Source of the DNA: an uncultured bacterium
GTDB lineage: Bacteria > Armatimonadota > UBA5829 > DTLH01
Assembly: GCA_964497515.1 (NCBI GenBank)
Contig: CAZCCV010000009.1
Location: 643 to 64,642, forward strand
Direction: 5' to 3'
DNA length: 64,000 bases
This document shows, piece by piece, positions 37,629 to 47,929 of the stretch; position 1 is the stretch's first letter, and each line of letters starts with the position of its first letter. A model generated the notes under the pieces. That model made no database searches. It had not been told where the DNA came from and was given only the letters and a program-made list of their open reading frames with translations. Made by a program: the position numbers and the translations under genes.

Positions 37629-39137
37629 TTGCCAGATAGAGTCATAACTCTTTGTCTTGTTGTCCTATTGGCGGTAATGACTCCTGCGGTAGGACTCAGT
37701 GAATCAAAGGAAGAACAACCGGAGAAAGCAATCGCGACGGCAACCACTTTATCCGCGCTATCCGGAATCGAACTAACCGATCCGATACTCACTATAGATG
37801 AGGCCATTGAGTTAGCGGTATCAAACAGTCCGATGATTGCAATAGCAGTGGACAATACACTTAAGGCTGAAAACCAAAGCCGCGCAGCAGCAAGAGCTGG
37901 GAAACTGCAGGTTAGTGTGCAGTCACAGTATGTGAGATTGGAACCATCTTCTACAATGTCCTTCCCTGGATCAGATGGAACGCCTATACAGATTGAAACT
38001 CGGCCATCGTCGCAGCTTACGGCTTCTGCATCGGCTGCACTGCCGATAGATATATCCCGCAGAATAGCAGTCGGTCGTGAGCTTGCCCGATTGAACATTG
38101 GCATACAGGGCTATTCCGCACAGCAGTCGCTGCAGCAGTTAATCTGCGATGTGAAAAGCGCATATTACAACGTTCTACGAGCCCAGGCGAGTGTGGGGGT
38201 TGCGCAATCTGCTATTTCGGCAGCCGAGGAACGGCTTCGCGTGTCGAAGGCGCAGTTCAATGTGGGGCTTTCACCGAAATTCGATGTTATGCAGGCTGAA
38301 GTGGACGTTGCAAACCTCAACCAGATGATGATCCAGGCTCAAAACGGTGTCGATGCGTCTAAAGGTGTGCTGAACAGACTCATCGGGCTCGACGCCAACA
38401 CGCCATTTGAGGTTGAGGAGCCGACCACAGGCACTATAGCTGCAAAGACACTTGATATTCCAGCGTTGACTCAACAAGCGCTTACAGTTAGGCCAGAGAT
38501 AATGCAATCTACGGTCGCAATTACCGCAGCCGAAAAGGGAGTGCAGTTTGCTCGGACAGAAGACAAGCCAACACTGGCTGCTTTCGTCACACCAAACTAT
38601 ACAAACAACGCCTCAGCGTTCAGTCCCGACAAGATGACCTATTCTTACGGGCTCAGCGCGACTTGGTCCATATGGAACAGCGGGGTCACTCGAGCAAATG
38701 TGGCCGTGGCTAAAAATGATTTAGATATGGCGCAACAGGGGTTGAAGGCTGCTTCACTCGGAGTGGAGCTCGATGTACGGACGAGCGCGCTGAGCGTAAT
38801 GGAAGCCTCACGCCGTGTTCAAACTGCACAATCGAATGTCGACTTAGCAAAAGAGGCGCAGAGACTATCCAACGTAAGATACAAAGAGGGTGTATCTACA
38901 CAGGTTGAGGTAAGCAGTGCCGAAGCCGCGTTGACCCAGGCTTTAAACAACCTTGTAAGCGCGCGTTACGATTATCTCACAGCAGTTGCCCAGTTGGAAC
39001 GAGCAACAGTGACACAACCAGAGTACGAGGTTTATACTCTGCCGGGAGTGCCCTCGCTGCCGACAACTGCCAAAGAGGCGAGTCGGGTTGATCTGCTGTC
39101 TGAAAAAACAATTGGGATCGAAGGAGCTGCTAAATGA
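37629..39137 (+). CDS. TolC family outer membrane efflux protein
   Basis: Two OEP repeats with long helical segments. Start revised to TTG 37629 after a GGAGG Shine-Dalgarno, giving the signal peptide MPDRVITLCLVVLLAVMTPAVG. The track start is 37569. Confidence 0.85.
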   Translation: MPDRVITLCLVVLLAVMTPAVGLSESKEEQPEKAIATATTLSALSGIELTDPILTIDEAIELAVSNSPMIAIAVDNTLKAENQSRAAARAGKLQVSVQSQYVRLEPSSTMSFPGSDGTPIQIETRPSSQLTASASAALPIDISRRIAVGRELARLNIGIQGYSAQQSLQQLICDVKSAYYNVLRAQASVGVAQSAISAAEERLRVSKAQFNVGLSPKFDVMQAEVDVANLNQMMIQAQNGVDASKGVLNRLIGLDANTPFEVEEPTTGTIAAKTLDIPALTQQALTVRPEIMQSTVAITAAEKGVQFARTEDKPTLAAFVTPNYTNNASAFSPDKMTYSYGLSATWSIWNSGVTRANVAVAKNDLDMAQQGLKAASLGVELDVRTSALSVMEASRRVQTAQSNVDLAKEAQRLSNVRYKEGVSTQVEVSSAEAALTQALNNLVSARYDYLTAVAQLERATVTQPEYEVYTLPGVPSLPTTAKEASRVDLLSEKTIGIEGAAK

Positions 39138-40609
39138 GCAGAAACAGAATTATCGCACTTTCACTGGTTATAGCGATCATAGCTGGTTTGATGGTGCTTG
39201 CAAAAAATCGAAATGTGAGGAAAGTCGCTCCCACAACGCAAGAGATTCAGGCAGATGTTGGAATTCCCATACAGACCGCACCAGTTCACTTCGGACACAT
39301 AGATGACGCTATACCAGTTACAGGCGACATCAAAGCGCTAGACAGTGTGACTCTGTCGTCTAAGATATCAGGGAAAGTAGCCACAGTATATGTCCGCGAA
39401 GGCGATGTTGTGCGCAAAGGGCAGACGGTGGCAACCCTAGATAGAAGCGATGCAGAAGCGCAACTGAGACAGGCTCAGGCCGGGCTGCAATCGGCACTGG
39501 CACGACTCTCACAGGCACAAACCAGTGCAAATGTGGTGTCTGTTCATTCTGCCGCAACAATCCAGCAGGCAAAGGCAGGGCTCGAAGCCGCGGAAGCAAC
39601 CTACGAAAAGGTTCTAAAAGGCGCACGCTCGCAGGAGCGTATGATATCGGAGAGTCAGGTAGTTACAGCAAAGGCCGGTCTGGACAACGCGCAGGCAAAC
39701 CTCAAACGTTACAAACAGCTCTTCCAAGAAGGCGCAATCGCTGCGGCACAGCTCGAAGTCAGCCAGACTCAGTATGATGTCGCTTTAGCACAGTACAACG
39801 CCGCCAAGCAGGGACTGTCGCTGGTGGAAGAAGGTGCAAGAAGTGAGGACGTTCGAGCTGCTGCCACTCAGGTTACACAGGCTAAAGAAGCCCTGAAGAC
39901 CGCAAAAGCCAACGCTGCTCAAAATGAACTTAGTAAGGAAGACATAAAGAACGCCAAAGCCGGCGTAGCCCAGGCTGAAGCACAGGTAGCGCTGGCACAG
40001 GAGCAATTAAACAATACAAGCATCGTATCTTCGATCAATGGCATCATTTCGAAACGGATGACTGAGCCAGGCCAGATGGCTTCGCCTGGTGCCCCGCTGA
40101 TGGAAGCTGTCGATTTAAACAGCGTGTTTTTCCAGGCTAACGTATCCGAAACGTTGCTTGCACGCGTGAAACCTTCGCAGGTGGTGACTGTAATCGTAGA
40201 TGCCTATTCGGACAGAGTATTCTCCGGCAAAGTTGAAAAAATCTATCCGACCACCACTGGAGGCGCAAGAAGCTTCGATATTCGAGTGAATGTGCCGAAC
40301 CAGAACAACGAATTGAAACCGGGAATGTTTGCCAGAGGATCGATTATTACATCGGTCAATGGTGGGGCGATGCTCATACCGGTAGATGCTATCGAAGAAC
40401 GAAACGGAGAGAGCATCGTCTTTGTGTTGAAAGGCAATACGGTAAAGAAACGTATTGTCACCAAAGGAATGACAAACACCGATTTTGTTGAAGTGCTTCC
40501 TCCAACGCATCTGAACCCGGGAGACGCAGTCGTAATATCGGGTCATGAGAACTTGGAAGATGGGTCGAAGGTATATGTGCCCGGCGCTACAGAGAAGGCA
40601 CTCCGGTAG
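39134..40609 (+). CDS. efflux RND transporter periplasmic adaptor (MFP/HlyD family), long coiled-coil
   Basis: N-terminal TM anchor, lipoyl-like and beta-barrel segments, and an extended Ala/Gln-rich hairpin. ATGA overlap with the upstream gene. Confidence 0.88.
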   Translation: MSRNRIIALSLVIAIIAGLMVLAKNRNVRKVAPTTQEIQADVGIPIQTAPVHFGHIDDAIPVTGDIKALDSVTLSSKISGKVATVYVREGDVVRKGQTVATLDRSDAEAQLRQAQAGLQSALARLSQAQTSANVVSVHSAATIQQAKAGLEAAEATYEKVLKGARSQERMISESQVVTAKAGLDNAQANLKRYKQLFQEGAIAAAQLEVSQTQYDVALAQYNAAKQGLSLVEEGARSEDVRAAATQVTQAKEALKTAKANAAQNELSKEDIKNAKAGVAQAEAQVALAQEQLNNTSIVSSINGIISKRMTEPGQMASPGAPLMEAVDLNSVFFQANVSETLLARVKPSQVVTVIVDAYSDRVFSGKVEKIYPTTTGGARSFDIRVNVPNQNNELKPGMFARGSIITSVNGGAMLIPVDAIEERNGESIVFVLKGNTVKKRIVTKGMTNTDFVEVLPPTHLNPGDAVVISGHENLEDGSKVYVPGATEKALR

Positions 40610-40621
40610 AGGTTTCAATAT

Positions 40622-43600
40622 ATGTGGTTAACTGATGTAAGCATAAAGCGTCCAGTCTTCATTATTATGGTGGTGCTGGCGCTGATTGTTCTTGGGGTTA
40701 GGTCTCAGCAGACTATGCAGACAGAGCTGACTCCAAAAATGGACTTCCCGTTCATTGCGATCATCACGGCTTATCCTGGTGCAGGGCCTCAGGAGATTGA
40801 GACTCTTGTTTCCAAACCTACTGAAGAAGCAGTTGGCTCAACACCCGGACTTAAGAATCTGACGTCCGTATCTCAGGATGGCATTTCGCTGGTTGGTCTG
40901 GAGTTTGAGCTCGAAACCGATATCGAAACGGCCGCTGCTGACGTAAGAGACAAACTCGCTGTGATTAAGGGAACTCTGCCGAAAGATATAATCGATCCAA
41001 TCATTTACAAGGCAGATATTAGCGCGCAGCCAGTCATCACGCTGGCAATGGAAAGCAATTTGTCTAGCAGGGATCAGAGGATTCTTGCGGACAAAATGAT
41101 CAAAGACTCACTGGCAAAAGTGAAAGGTGTCGCAGCAGTCTCTGTAAACGGAGGTGCGGAGCGAGAGGTTACGGTATCAATTGATCGGGACAGGCTGCAA
41201 GCCTACGGACTTTCGATAGATCAAGTAGCTGGTGCTCTAAGTGCAGAAAACCTGAATGTTCCTTCGGGTTCGATAAAAGAAGGACCTGAGGGTGCATCGT
41301 CGAGAGACTATGCCGTTAGAACCGTTGGAGAGTTCCGAAATGCGGATGAAATCGGCAACATACGGCTGAAACTGCGTGGTGCAAGTCCATTTGGGGGCGC
41401 AGACACTGTCCGACTGGGCGATATAGCTACAGTGAAAGACACAGTGAAAGACCCGGACAGGCTCACCCGTCTAAACGGCGTGGACGCGGTGACCATGGCG
41501 GTTCAGAAACAGTCGGACGCCAACATTGTTGAAGTTGTCGACGGGGTGAAGAAGCAACTGGCGGAGCTAAACGGCCACACAGACCCGAAAACGAAGCAGC
41601 ATATTCGAGGTGTCTTACCGGAGGGCACCAAGATCATCGTGGCGACAGACGACTCGACGTTTGTAAAAGACTCATTGCGAGACGTAAAGCGATCGCTCTT
41701 AGAAGGAATCCTGCTGGTTGTTATAATCGTATTCCTGTTCCTGCACTCAGGCAGGGCGACACTAATAGTTGCGCTCGCAATCCCGACTTCTATTGTGGCG
41801 ACGTTCATACCAATAACAGTGTTCGGGTTTTCGATCAACGTCATGACAATGCTTGGGCTTTCACTGTGTGTAGGCATTCTTGTAGACGACTCGATTGTTG
41901 TGCTTGAGAACATCGAAAGGCACTTGCGAAAAGGCGAGTGTCCGAAAGAAGCTGCATTGAATGGAAGATCGGAGATAGGTCTGGCAGCAGTTACAATTAC
42001 ACTCGTTGACGTGGTGGTATTTGTACCAATTGCATTTATGGGCGGCATAGTCGGACAGTTCTTCCGACAGTTCGGAATTACCGTTGCCACAGCAACGCTG
42101 TTCTCGCTGTTTATGTCTTTTACACTGACGCCGATGCTTTCGTCGCGCTGGCTGAAGTCCAAGGAACAGGAAGAAGCGGATATTGCCAGGACATCTGGAA
42201 GTATCTTCACCAGAATATCGCAAGGGTTTGAAAGGTTCTACTCGAAGCTCGATGTACGATACCGTGGGGTGCTGCACTGGGCTCTCGACAACCGATTCCT
42301 GACAATTATGATAGGCATCGTAACCCTTCTGATGATCCTCGGAATGGTAACGCCCGGGATTGGAGAGTCTGCAGGGCACGCGGCTCAGGGATCCAAGCAC
42401 TCCATACCTTTGAGAATTGTCATAATGGTGCTCTGCGCGATCCCGCTTATAATAGCGGCAGTCATCAACCCGAAGAGTCGAAGATTGGCTTTGGGTTATC
42501 TGGTAGTAGCCGTTTTCCTGCTTGCGACTATCAAGTTCCCTCTTGGATTTGAGTTCATGCCAGACGTCGACCGAGGCGAGTTTTCTGTATCGATAGAACT
42601 GCCTGCGGGGCGTGGTCTGGGGGCTTCAGATCGCATAGCTCGACAGGTTGAAAACTATCTGAAAGATATTGAGGGCATGGAATACTACATGACCACCGTA
42701 GGAGCATCGAGCGCCGGACATTTCGCTGCCGGCTCCACCGGCTCTCAGTATGCTCAGATTAGTGTCAGCTTGAAAGATCGTGGCAAAGAGCGCCAGAAGA
42801 GAATCAATGATGTTGTGAGCGAACTCAACGAAAAGACTGCCCTCATTCCTGGCGCAAAGATCCGCATTGCCACAAGTGGTATGGCATCTATGGGCGGACA
42901 ACCTATCCAGATGGAAATAACAGGGTCTAACGAGGATGAGCTGGTGCGGATTGCACATCAAATCGAAGAGACTGTTAAAGTCATCCCAGGAGTTATGGAC
43001 GTCAAGAACTCGTGGGAAATCGGCAAACCTGAACTCCGAGTGACGGTCGATAGACTTCGAGCAGCCGACGTAGGAATAAGCGTCGGGCAGATTGGTAGTG
43101 CGCTTAGAACCTCGATAGAGGGCAACACCGATGCAAAGCTTAGAGACCGAGGTGACGAGTACGATATTCGGGTTCAGCTTGCGAAAGTGGACAGACACAA
43201 CTCTGCGGATGTGGGCAACATACTCGTTGGCAACAACAATGGTACGCCCGTATATCTAAGAGATGTAGCGAAAATCGACTTGGAACCCGCTCCGAACAAG
43301 GTTGAACGAAAGAATCGACAGAGATTAATAGTAGTCGGAGCAAACTTTCAGGACGGTTACACCTTAGGCAACGTACAACAGGAAATCTCTAAGGAAATCG
43401 CAGGCATTCCACTTGGCTCTTCGCAAGTAAAACCTGGTGGACAAAGCGAGATGATGATAGAGAGCTTCGGCTACCTGATAGGTGCGATGATACTGGCAAT
43501 TGTGCTGGTGTATATGCTTATGGGTGCGCTGTTCGAATCGTTCGTCACCCCGCTTGTCATTATGTTGAGTCTGCCTCAGGCTCTCGTTGGGGCTCTGCTC

Positions 43601-44074
43601 GCGATAATCATAACGGGCAAATCGCTTTCGATCGTGACTATGATCGGGTTTATTATGCTGATTGGTCTCGTATCGAAGAACGCTATTCTGCTTGTAGACT
43701 ACACGAACACCCTACGCAGCAGAGGAATGAAGCGGAATGATGCTGTGTTGGAAGCAGGACCTACAAGGCTCCGACCTATTCTGATGACTACGTTTGCTAT
43801 GGTCGGAGGTATGACGCCAACGGCAATAGCAATGTCAAGAGGCTCCGAGATGCGTGCCCCTATGGCAATTGCTGTTATTGGAGGATTGATACTCTCAACT
43901 CTGCTGACGCTCTTAGTCATCCCGACGGCGTACACCGTTGTGGACGACGTCTGGGAGTGGTTGAGGCGACTCTTCGGTTATAGGGATTCGCCTGAGAACC
44001 TTGCAGAAGGCCACGAAAGCGACAGTATGGCGCTGGAGCCCTCGGTTCTGGATGGCGACGGCAGAAAACCGTAG
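40622..44074 (+). CDS. efflux RND transporter permease (AcrB/HAE-type)
   Basis: 1150 aa with AcrB-like TM and porter domain organisation (FPFIAIIT.., DDSIVVLENIERH, FMPDVDRGEF). Confidence 0.93.
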   Translation: MWLTDVSIKRPVFIIMVVLALIVLGVRSQQTMQTELTPKMDFPFIAIITAYPGAGPQEIETLVSKPTEEAVGSTPGLKNLTSVSQDGISLVGLEFELETDIETAAADVRDKLAVIKGTLPKDIIDPIIYKADISAQPVITLAMESNLSSRDQRILADKMIKDSLAKVKGVAAVSVNGGAEREVTVSIDRDRLQAYGLSIDQVAGALSAENLNVPSGSIKEGPEGASSRDYAVRTVGEFRNADEIGNIRLKLRGASPFGGADTVRLGDIATVKDTVKDPDRLTRLNGVDAVTMAVQKQSDANIVEVVDGVKKQLAELNGHTDPKTKQHIRGVLPEGTKIIVATDDSTFVKDSLRDVKRSLLEGILLVVIIVFLFLHSGRATLIVALAIPTSIVATFIPITVFGFSINVMTMLGLSLCVGILVDDSIVVLENIERHLRKGECPKEAALNGRSEIGLAAVTITLVDVVVFVPIAFMGGIVGQFFRQFGITVATATLFSLFMSFTLTPMLSSRWLKSKEQEEADIARTSGSIFTRISQGFERFYSKLDVRYRGVLHWALDNRFLTIMIGIVTLLMILGMVTPGIGESAGHAAQGSKHSIPLRIVIMVLCAIPLIIAAVINPKSRRLALGYLVVAVFLLATIKFPLGFEFMPDVDRGEFSVSIELPAGRGLGASDRIARQVENYLKDIEGMEYYMTTVGASSAGHFAAGSTGSQYAQISVSLKDRGKERQKRINDVVSELNEKTALIPGAKIRIATSGMASMGGQPIQMEITGSNEDELVRIAHQIEETVKVIPGVMDVKNSWEIGKPELRVTVDRLRAADVGISVGQIGSALRTSIEGNTDAKLRDRGDEYDIRVQLAKVDRHNSADVGNILVGNNNGTPVYLRDVAKIDLEPAPNKVERKNRQRLIVVGANFQDGYTLGNVQQEISKEIAGIPLGSSQVKPGGQSEMMIESFGYLIGAMILAIVLVYMLMGALFESFVTPLVIMLSLPQALVGALLAIIITGKSLSIVTMIGFIMLIGLVSKNAILLVDYTNTLRSRGMKRNDAVLEAGPTRLRPILMTTFAMVGGMTPTAIAMSRGSEMRAPMAIAVIGGLILSTLLTLLVIPTAYTVVDDVWEWLRRLFGYRDSPENLAEGHESDSMALEPSVLDGDGRKP

Positions 44075-44091
44075 ATTCCGAGTAATGAAAG

Positions 44092-44130
44092 ACGGTGTGG
44101 GTTAATGGTAAGACCCGCACCGTTTTTTTT
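44092..44130 (+). terminator. rho-independent terminator
   Basis: acggtgtgggt-10nt-acccgcaccgt followed by a run of 8 T. Confidence 0.85.
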
Positions 44131-44209
44131 GTACCCCTAATACTAGTCCACGGATCGATTTCTTCGCACTTGGCGAAAGACAGCATCGTCGAGAATCCGG
44201 GATTCTGCT

Positions 44210-44239
44210 TTGACTTCTGCCTTGTTTCTCCCGTAAAAT
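44210..44239 (+). promoter_or_regulatory. candidate promoter of the dapA-like gene
   Basis: TTGACT, an 18-nt spacer, then TAAAAT, about 30 nt upstream of the ATG. Confidence 0.4.
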
Positions 44240-44270
44240 GTAGTCCGAGAATCGAAGTGCGGAGGAAAAA

Positions 44271-45317
44271 ATGAAGTTCGAAGGCACATTTACAGCGATA
44301 GTGACCCCTATGCTCCCTGATGGGGCGGTTGATTGGGACGGATTCAAAAAGAATGTTGAGTTCCAGATTGAGCAGGATATCACTGGGATTGTTCCGGCAG
44401 GCACGACTGGGGAATCCCCCACTCTTAACTGGGAAGATCACAACGCAGTAGTTGAGCGAACAATTGAGTTTGCTGCAGGCAGATGTCCGATTATTGCTGG
44501 GGCAGGCAGCAACTCCACCGATGAAAGCCTGGAAAATGCCACACACGCTGTACGTGCGGGTGCTGCAGCACTTCTGATGGTCGATTGCTACTACAATGGG
44601 CCTTCATCACTCGAAATGAGAGACCATTACTACTCCGCAATAGCCAAAATACTTCCAGACGTCCATATTATCCCGTATGTCATACCAGGAAGAACCGGAA
44701 CTGCCCTTACTGTAGAAGACTTGGCAATACTCTACGCTGCACATTCGAAAATAGCGACGGTGAAGGAAGCTACTGGCGACCTCGAGCGAATGAAGCGCAC
44801 GCGCGAGCTTTGCGGAGATGACTTCTCGATACTCTCTGGCGACGATGATCTGACGTTTAAGATGCTCTCCGACCCACAAATAAGGGCAAACGGAGTTATA
44901 TCGGTTATGTCGAACGTCGCACCAAAGGCTTGCAGTGAGATGGTCAGGCTTGCACTAGCAGGCGATGTAGCGGGGGCAGAAAGACTCCATAAGGCGCTTG
45001 CGCCGCTGTTCGGCATAGTGACGGTGAAGGTCGAAAACGAGCGCACACTGCCAAACGGGGAAACCGTAACACTAACCGACAGGTATCGCAACCCTTCGGC
45101 GATCAAAACACTGATGGACGGGCTTGGAATGCCGTCCGGTCCGTGCCGCCCGCCGCTTGGAAAGATGACTCAGGCAGGTATTGATGTAGTCCGCCAGGCT
45201 GCAAAACAAGTCTGGACCAACAACCCGGAGATTCTGTCGCCGATTGCAGACTTCTACGGTGTAGACGTCCAGGCCAGACTAAACGATGATGCACTCTGGC
45301 ATTCACTCTCGGAATAG
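44271..45317 (+). CDS. dapA: 4-hydroxy-tetrahydrodipicolinate synthase family protein (long form)
   Basis: GTTGES, CYYNGP, PGRTG and the Schiff-base Lys in TVKEATGD. It has a ~25-aa insertion and a C-terminal extension relative to canonical ~290-aa DapA. Confidence 0.65.
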   Translation: MKFEGTFTAIVTPMLPDGAVDWDGFKKNVEFQIEQDITGIVPAGTTGESPTLNWEDHNAVVERTIEFAAGRCPIIAGAGSNSTDESLENATHAVRAGAAALLMVDCYYNGPSSLEMRDHYYSAIAKILPDVHIIPYVIPGRTGTALTVEDLAILYAAHSKIATVKEATGDLERMKRTRELCGDDFSILSGDDDLTFKMLSDPQIRANGVISVMSNVAPKACSEMVRLALAGDVAGAERLHKALAPLFGIVTVKVENERTLPNGETVTLTDRYRNPSAIKTLMDGLGMPSGPCRPPLGKMTQAGIDVVRQAAKQVWTNNPEILSPIADFYGVDVQARLNDDALWHSLSE

Positions 45318-45352
45318 AAGCCGGCATCGAACTCTGTTAACTCTTGTTTGGA

Positions 45353-45399
45353 AAGCATTTGCTCGCTCCGAAGGCCGAAAACCGGGCGAGCAAATGCTT
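45353..45399. terminator. 14-bp stem-loop between convergent genes
   Basis: aagcatttgctcgc-19nt-gcgagcaaatgctt. Confidence 0.5.
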
Positions 45400-45416
45400 C
45401 TTACGTTACCTCACCA

Positions 45417-45890
45417 CTACAACCACGTCGAAATACCGCATTCCGGGCACTCCAACTGAGCGAGTTGGAGCGCTGTGAGTAGCCTCTCTTGATTCGGCAA
45501 ATGAGCATCGTCGGACGACAAACTCGTCATACGCACTTCACCGAAACGATCAGCTACAAATACCGCCGGAACCTCGGTTGAGTATAAGCTAAGCACGCTG
45601 CCTTCGGGATCGGCGAGCACTGGGAATGGCAGAGAACGGGCGTGGGCAATCTCTCGAACTCTGTCGTCTGTCCCCTCCCCTATTGCCAGGATTTCCGCAT
45701 CTGCGGATTTGTATTCGTCGTATCTGCTCGCAAGCGCGCTTAGAAAGTCGTTGCACTTACTGCAATCTGTTCCGAAGAATACGAGCACAAGGCTCTGCTT
45801 ACCTTTGTAAGTGTAGATGTCGATAGAACCTCCGGTTACCGATTCAAGCTGGAAGCTTTTCAGCATATCGCGTTCTTTCAACAGTTCCAT
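45417..45890 (-). CDS. thioredoxin-fold redoxin (AhpC/TSA-like) protein
   Basis: VLVFFGTDCSKCNDF CXXC motif. Start revised to ATG 45890 with a GGAGAG Shine-Dalgarno; the track start is 45977. Confidence 0.75.
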   Translation of the reverse strand: MELLKERDMLKSFQLESVTGGSIDIYTYKGKQSLVLVFFGTDCSKCNDFLSALASRYDEYKSADAEILAIGEGTDDRVREIAHARSLPFPVLADPEGSVLSLYSTEVPAVFVADRFGEVRMTSLSSDDAHLPNQERLLTALQLAQLECPECGISTWL

Positions 45891-46003
45891 TGCATACTCT
45901 CCATATCTCTGTTTTGGTGATCGAGCCTCACAATAGTCTTTACCCTGTTTGCATAGCAGCGTACTCTGCGGTAACATGAAGTATCTTGTTAGGAGGGCAG
46001 CCT

Positions 46004-46729
46004 ATGACACACCAAGAGATGGTCGAGCGATTTATGGATGCGTTGGGACTCGATACCCAACCAGTAGCAGTATACTACACAGAAGACATACCTGAAGATG
46101 CTACACTTGGCGGGTGTGAAGATGAGTATTTCTGCACCATCAAAGGTGTAGAAATGGCTAAACAAGGCACGACAATTGCCATCGACGGTCTGCACCCTGG
46201 ATGTATGGGAGCAAGCTTCTCACTTGGCTGGTCGAAAGAGTTCCGCCCGGGATTCGAGCATTTCCTTTCTCACAATGAATCCGGAGAGGGAGAGCGTTAC
46301 AAGAAGACCCCGGAGCTTGCAAAAGCCTTTATAGAAAAGCGGAAGTTCGTGCCCGCAAACGGGCGATACTGCATTTTTCAACAACTGAGAAGCCTTCCTG
46401 AGACGCTGACTCCGGAGGTGGTCATCTTTGCAGCAGACTCTGTAGGAACAAGCGGGCTGCACTGCCTCGCCAACTATGGCAGAGCTGATGCTGCAGTAAT
46501 TGCACCATTTACTGCCGGGTGTGGGAGTATCGTGAGCGAACCCCGAGCACAGGCAGCAGAAGCCGAACCGAAGGCAGTTCTTGGCATGTTTGACCCATCA
46601 GCACGACTATTTGCAGACGAACGACACCTTACCTTCTCCGTTCCGTGGTCCATGTCCATTGAGATGCTCGAGAATATTCCGGGCAGCTTCCTTGAAATAG
46701 AACCCTGGACTAAGGTTCGCAAGTCTTAA
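46004..46729 (+). CDS. DUF169 domain-containing protein
   Basis: The N-terminal pattern LGLDTQPVAVYY and the overall length are typical of DUF169. ATG 46004 follows an AGGAGGG Shine-Dalgarno. Confidence 0.7.
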   Translation: MTHQEMVERFMDALGLDTQPVAVYYTEDIPEDATLGGCEDEYFCTIKGVEMAKQGTTIAIDGLHPGCMGASFSLGWSKEFRPGFEHFLSHNESGEGERYKKTPELAKAFIEKRKFVPANGRYCIFQQLRSLPETLTPEVVIFAADSVGTSGLHCLANYGRADAAVIAPFTAGCGSIVSEPRAQAAEAEPKAVLGMFDPSARLFADERHLTFSVPWSMSIEMLENIPGSFLEIEPWTKVRKS

Positions 46730-46789
46730 GCTGAAGCGCGTGTATTACACGTCGTAAACATGCCCTTCTGAAAACAATACTGCCCATTC

Positions 46790-46828
46790 GCAGACGGCGT
46801 CGCGCGATTGTTTGGCGCCGTCTGCTTT
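46790..46828 (+). terminator. rho-independent terminator
   Basis: gcagacggcg-16nt-cgccgtctgc followed by TTTCA. Confidence 0.55.
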
Positions 46829-47055
46829 CAGGTTCTTCACAAAACTCGACCAGTCGACCTTCACCAGGAAACTCTCACGAATCCTTCTGCGCCTCTACAT
46901 TGCCATCAGCATAGAGTCACTAACAAAGAGTAATGACGCTCATTCTTTGTAGCTGACTTCGAGTTATACGCGGACGAACGTGTGAACTCATCCGCAGTTC
47001 CCAGCAGACTGAGCCTATGGTAACATTATGTATACGTTCGGTTGGAGGATTGTTG

Positions 47056-47766
47056 GTGAACAAATTCCAGGAATACCAGACTAAAGCGCTGGCAGTATTG
47101 CAGAAGATTGTTGAGACTCAGGGTGAAGCCATCGAAGCTGCGGCAGAATTGGTGGCACAGCATATTGCAAACGACGGGATACTATACATCCTGGGAAGCG
47201 GGCATTCGCTGATCACAGCTTTGGAGTCATCGGGACGAGCCGGTGGGATGGTGCCGATAGATATTATCTTCGACAAGACCTTTGGCAAAATCGAGAGGCT
47301 CCCCGGCTACGCTGAATACCTGTTGAAGGACTATCCGGAGATCGAGAATGGCCTCGTGATAGTGGTATCCAATTCTGGCCGCAACTCGCTGCCGGTGGAA
47401 GTGGCTCTTGAGAGCAAGAAGCGAGGAGCAAAGGTGATCAGTCTCACATCGCTCGCGCACACGAAGTCTGTAACGAGCCGTCACCCCAGCGGTAAGAGAG
47501 TCTTTGAAATCGCCGATGTAGTAGTAGACAACTGCTGCGAAGTCGGAGATGCAGCAGTAGAAATCGACGGTCTGCCTGGAAAAGTGGGAGCTACATCGTC
47601 GGTGGCTTGCACGTTTATCATCAACTCCATACTTGCACAGGCGACTGAAAACCTTGTAAGGATGGGCATAACGCCGCCAGTGCTAATCAGTGCAAATCTG
47701 GATGGAAGCGATGAGCATAACGACAGGCTGCGCGCACAGTATAGAGGAAGAATCCGCGGGCTGTGA
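47056..47766 (+). CDS. SIS domain-containing protein (UPF0309-like)
   Basis: ILGSGHS and VVSNSGRN SIS motifs. GTG 47056 follows a GGAGGA Shine-Dalgarno; the track start is 47017. Confidence 0.75.
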   Translation: MNKFQEYQTKALAVLQKIVETQGEAIEAAAELVAQHIANDGILYILGSGHSLITALESSGRAGGMVPIDIIFDKTFGKIERLPGYAEYLLKDYPEIENGLVIVVSNSGRNSLPVEVALESKKRGAKVISLTSLAHTKSVTSRHPSGKRVFEIADVVVDNCCEVGDAAVEIDGLPGKVGATSSVACTFIINSILAQATENLVRMGITPPVLISANLDGSDEHNDRLRAQYRGRIRGL

Positions 47767-47788
47767 ATTGTAGCGGTATGCAAAAGCA

Positions 47789-47818
47789 TTGCTCTAGCAA
47801 TCAGTAATGTGGTAAACT
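47789..47818 (+). promoter_or_regulatory. candidate extended -10 promoter of rpsB-tsf
   Basis: TTGCTC, an 18-nt spacer ending in TGg, then TAAACT. It is followed by a ~110-nt GC-rich leader. Confidence 0.35.
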
Positions 47819-47929
47819 AATAGGGTTTAATATCACGCACCGCATCTGGATCGGTAGTCGGGGTGCCCTGCTGGGTCGACGCCGGGATGATGGAGCGGGA
47901 GGATACAACTACAGGAGGAAAATCGGAAT

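Noticed and set aside
41503-42400. Minus-strand ORFs of 235 aa and 179 aa
   Set aside because: They are antisense to the strongly conserved RND permease and are shadow ORFs.
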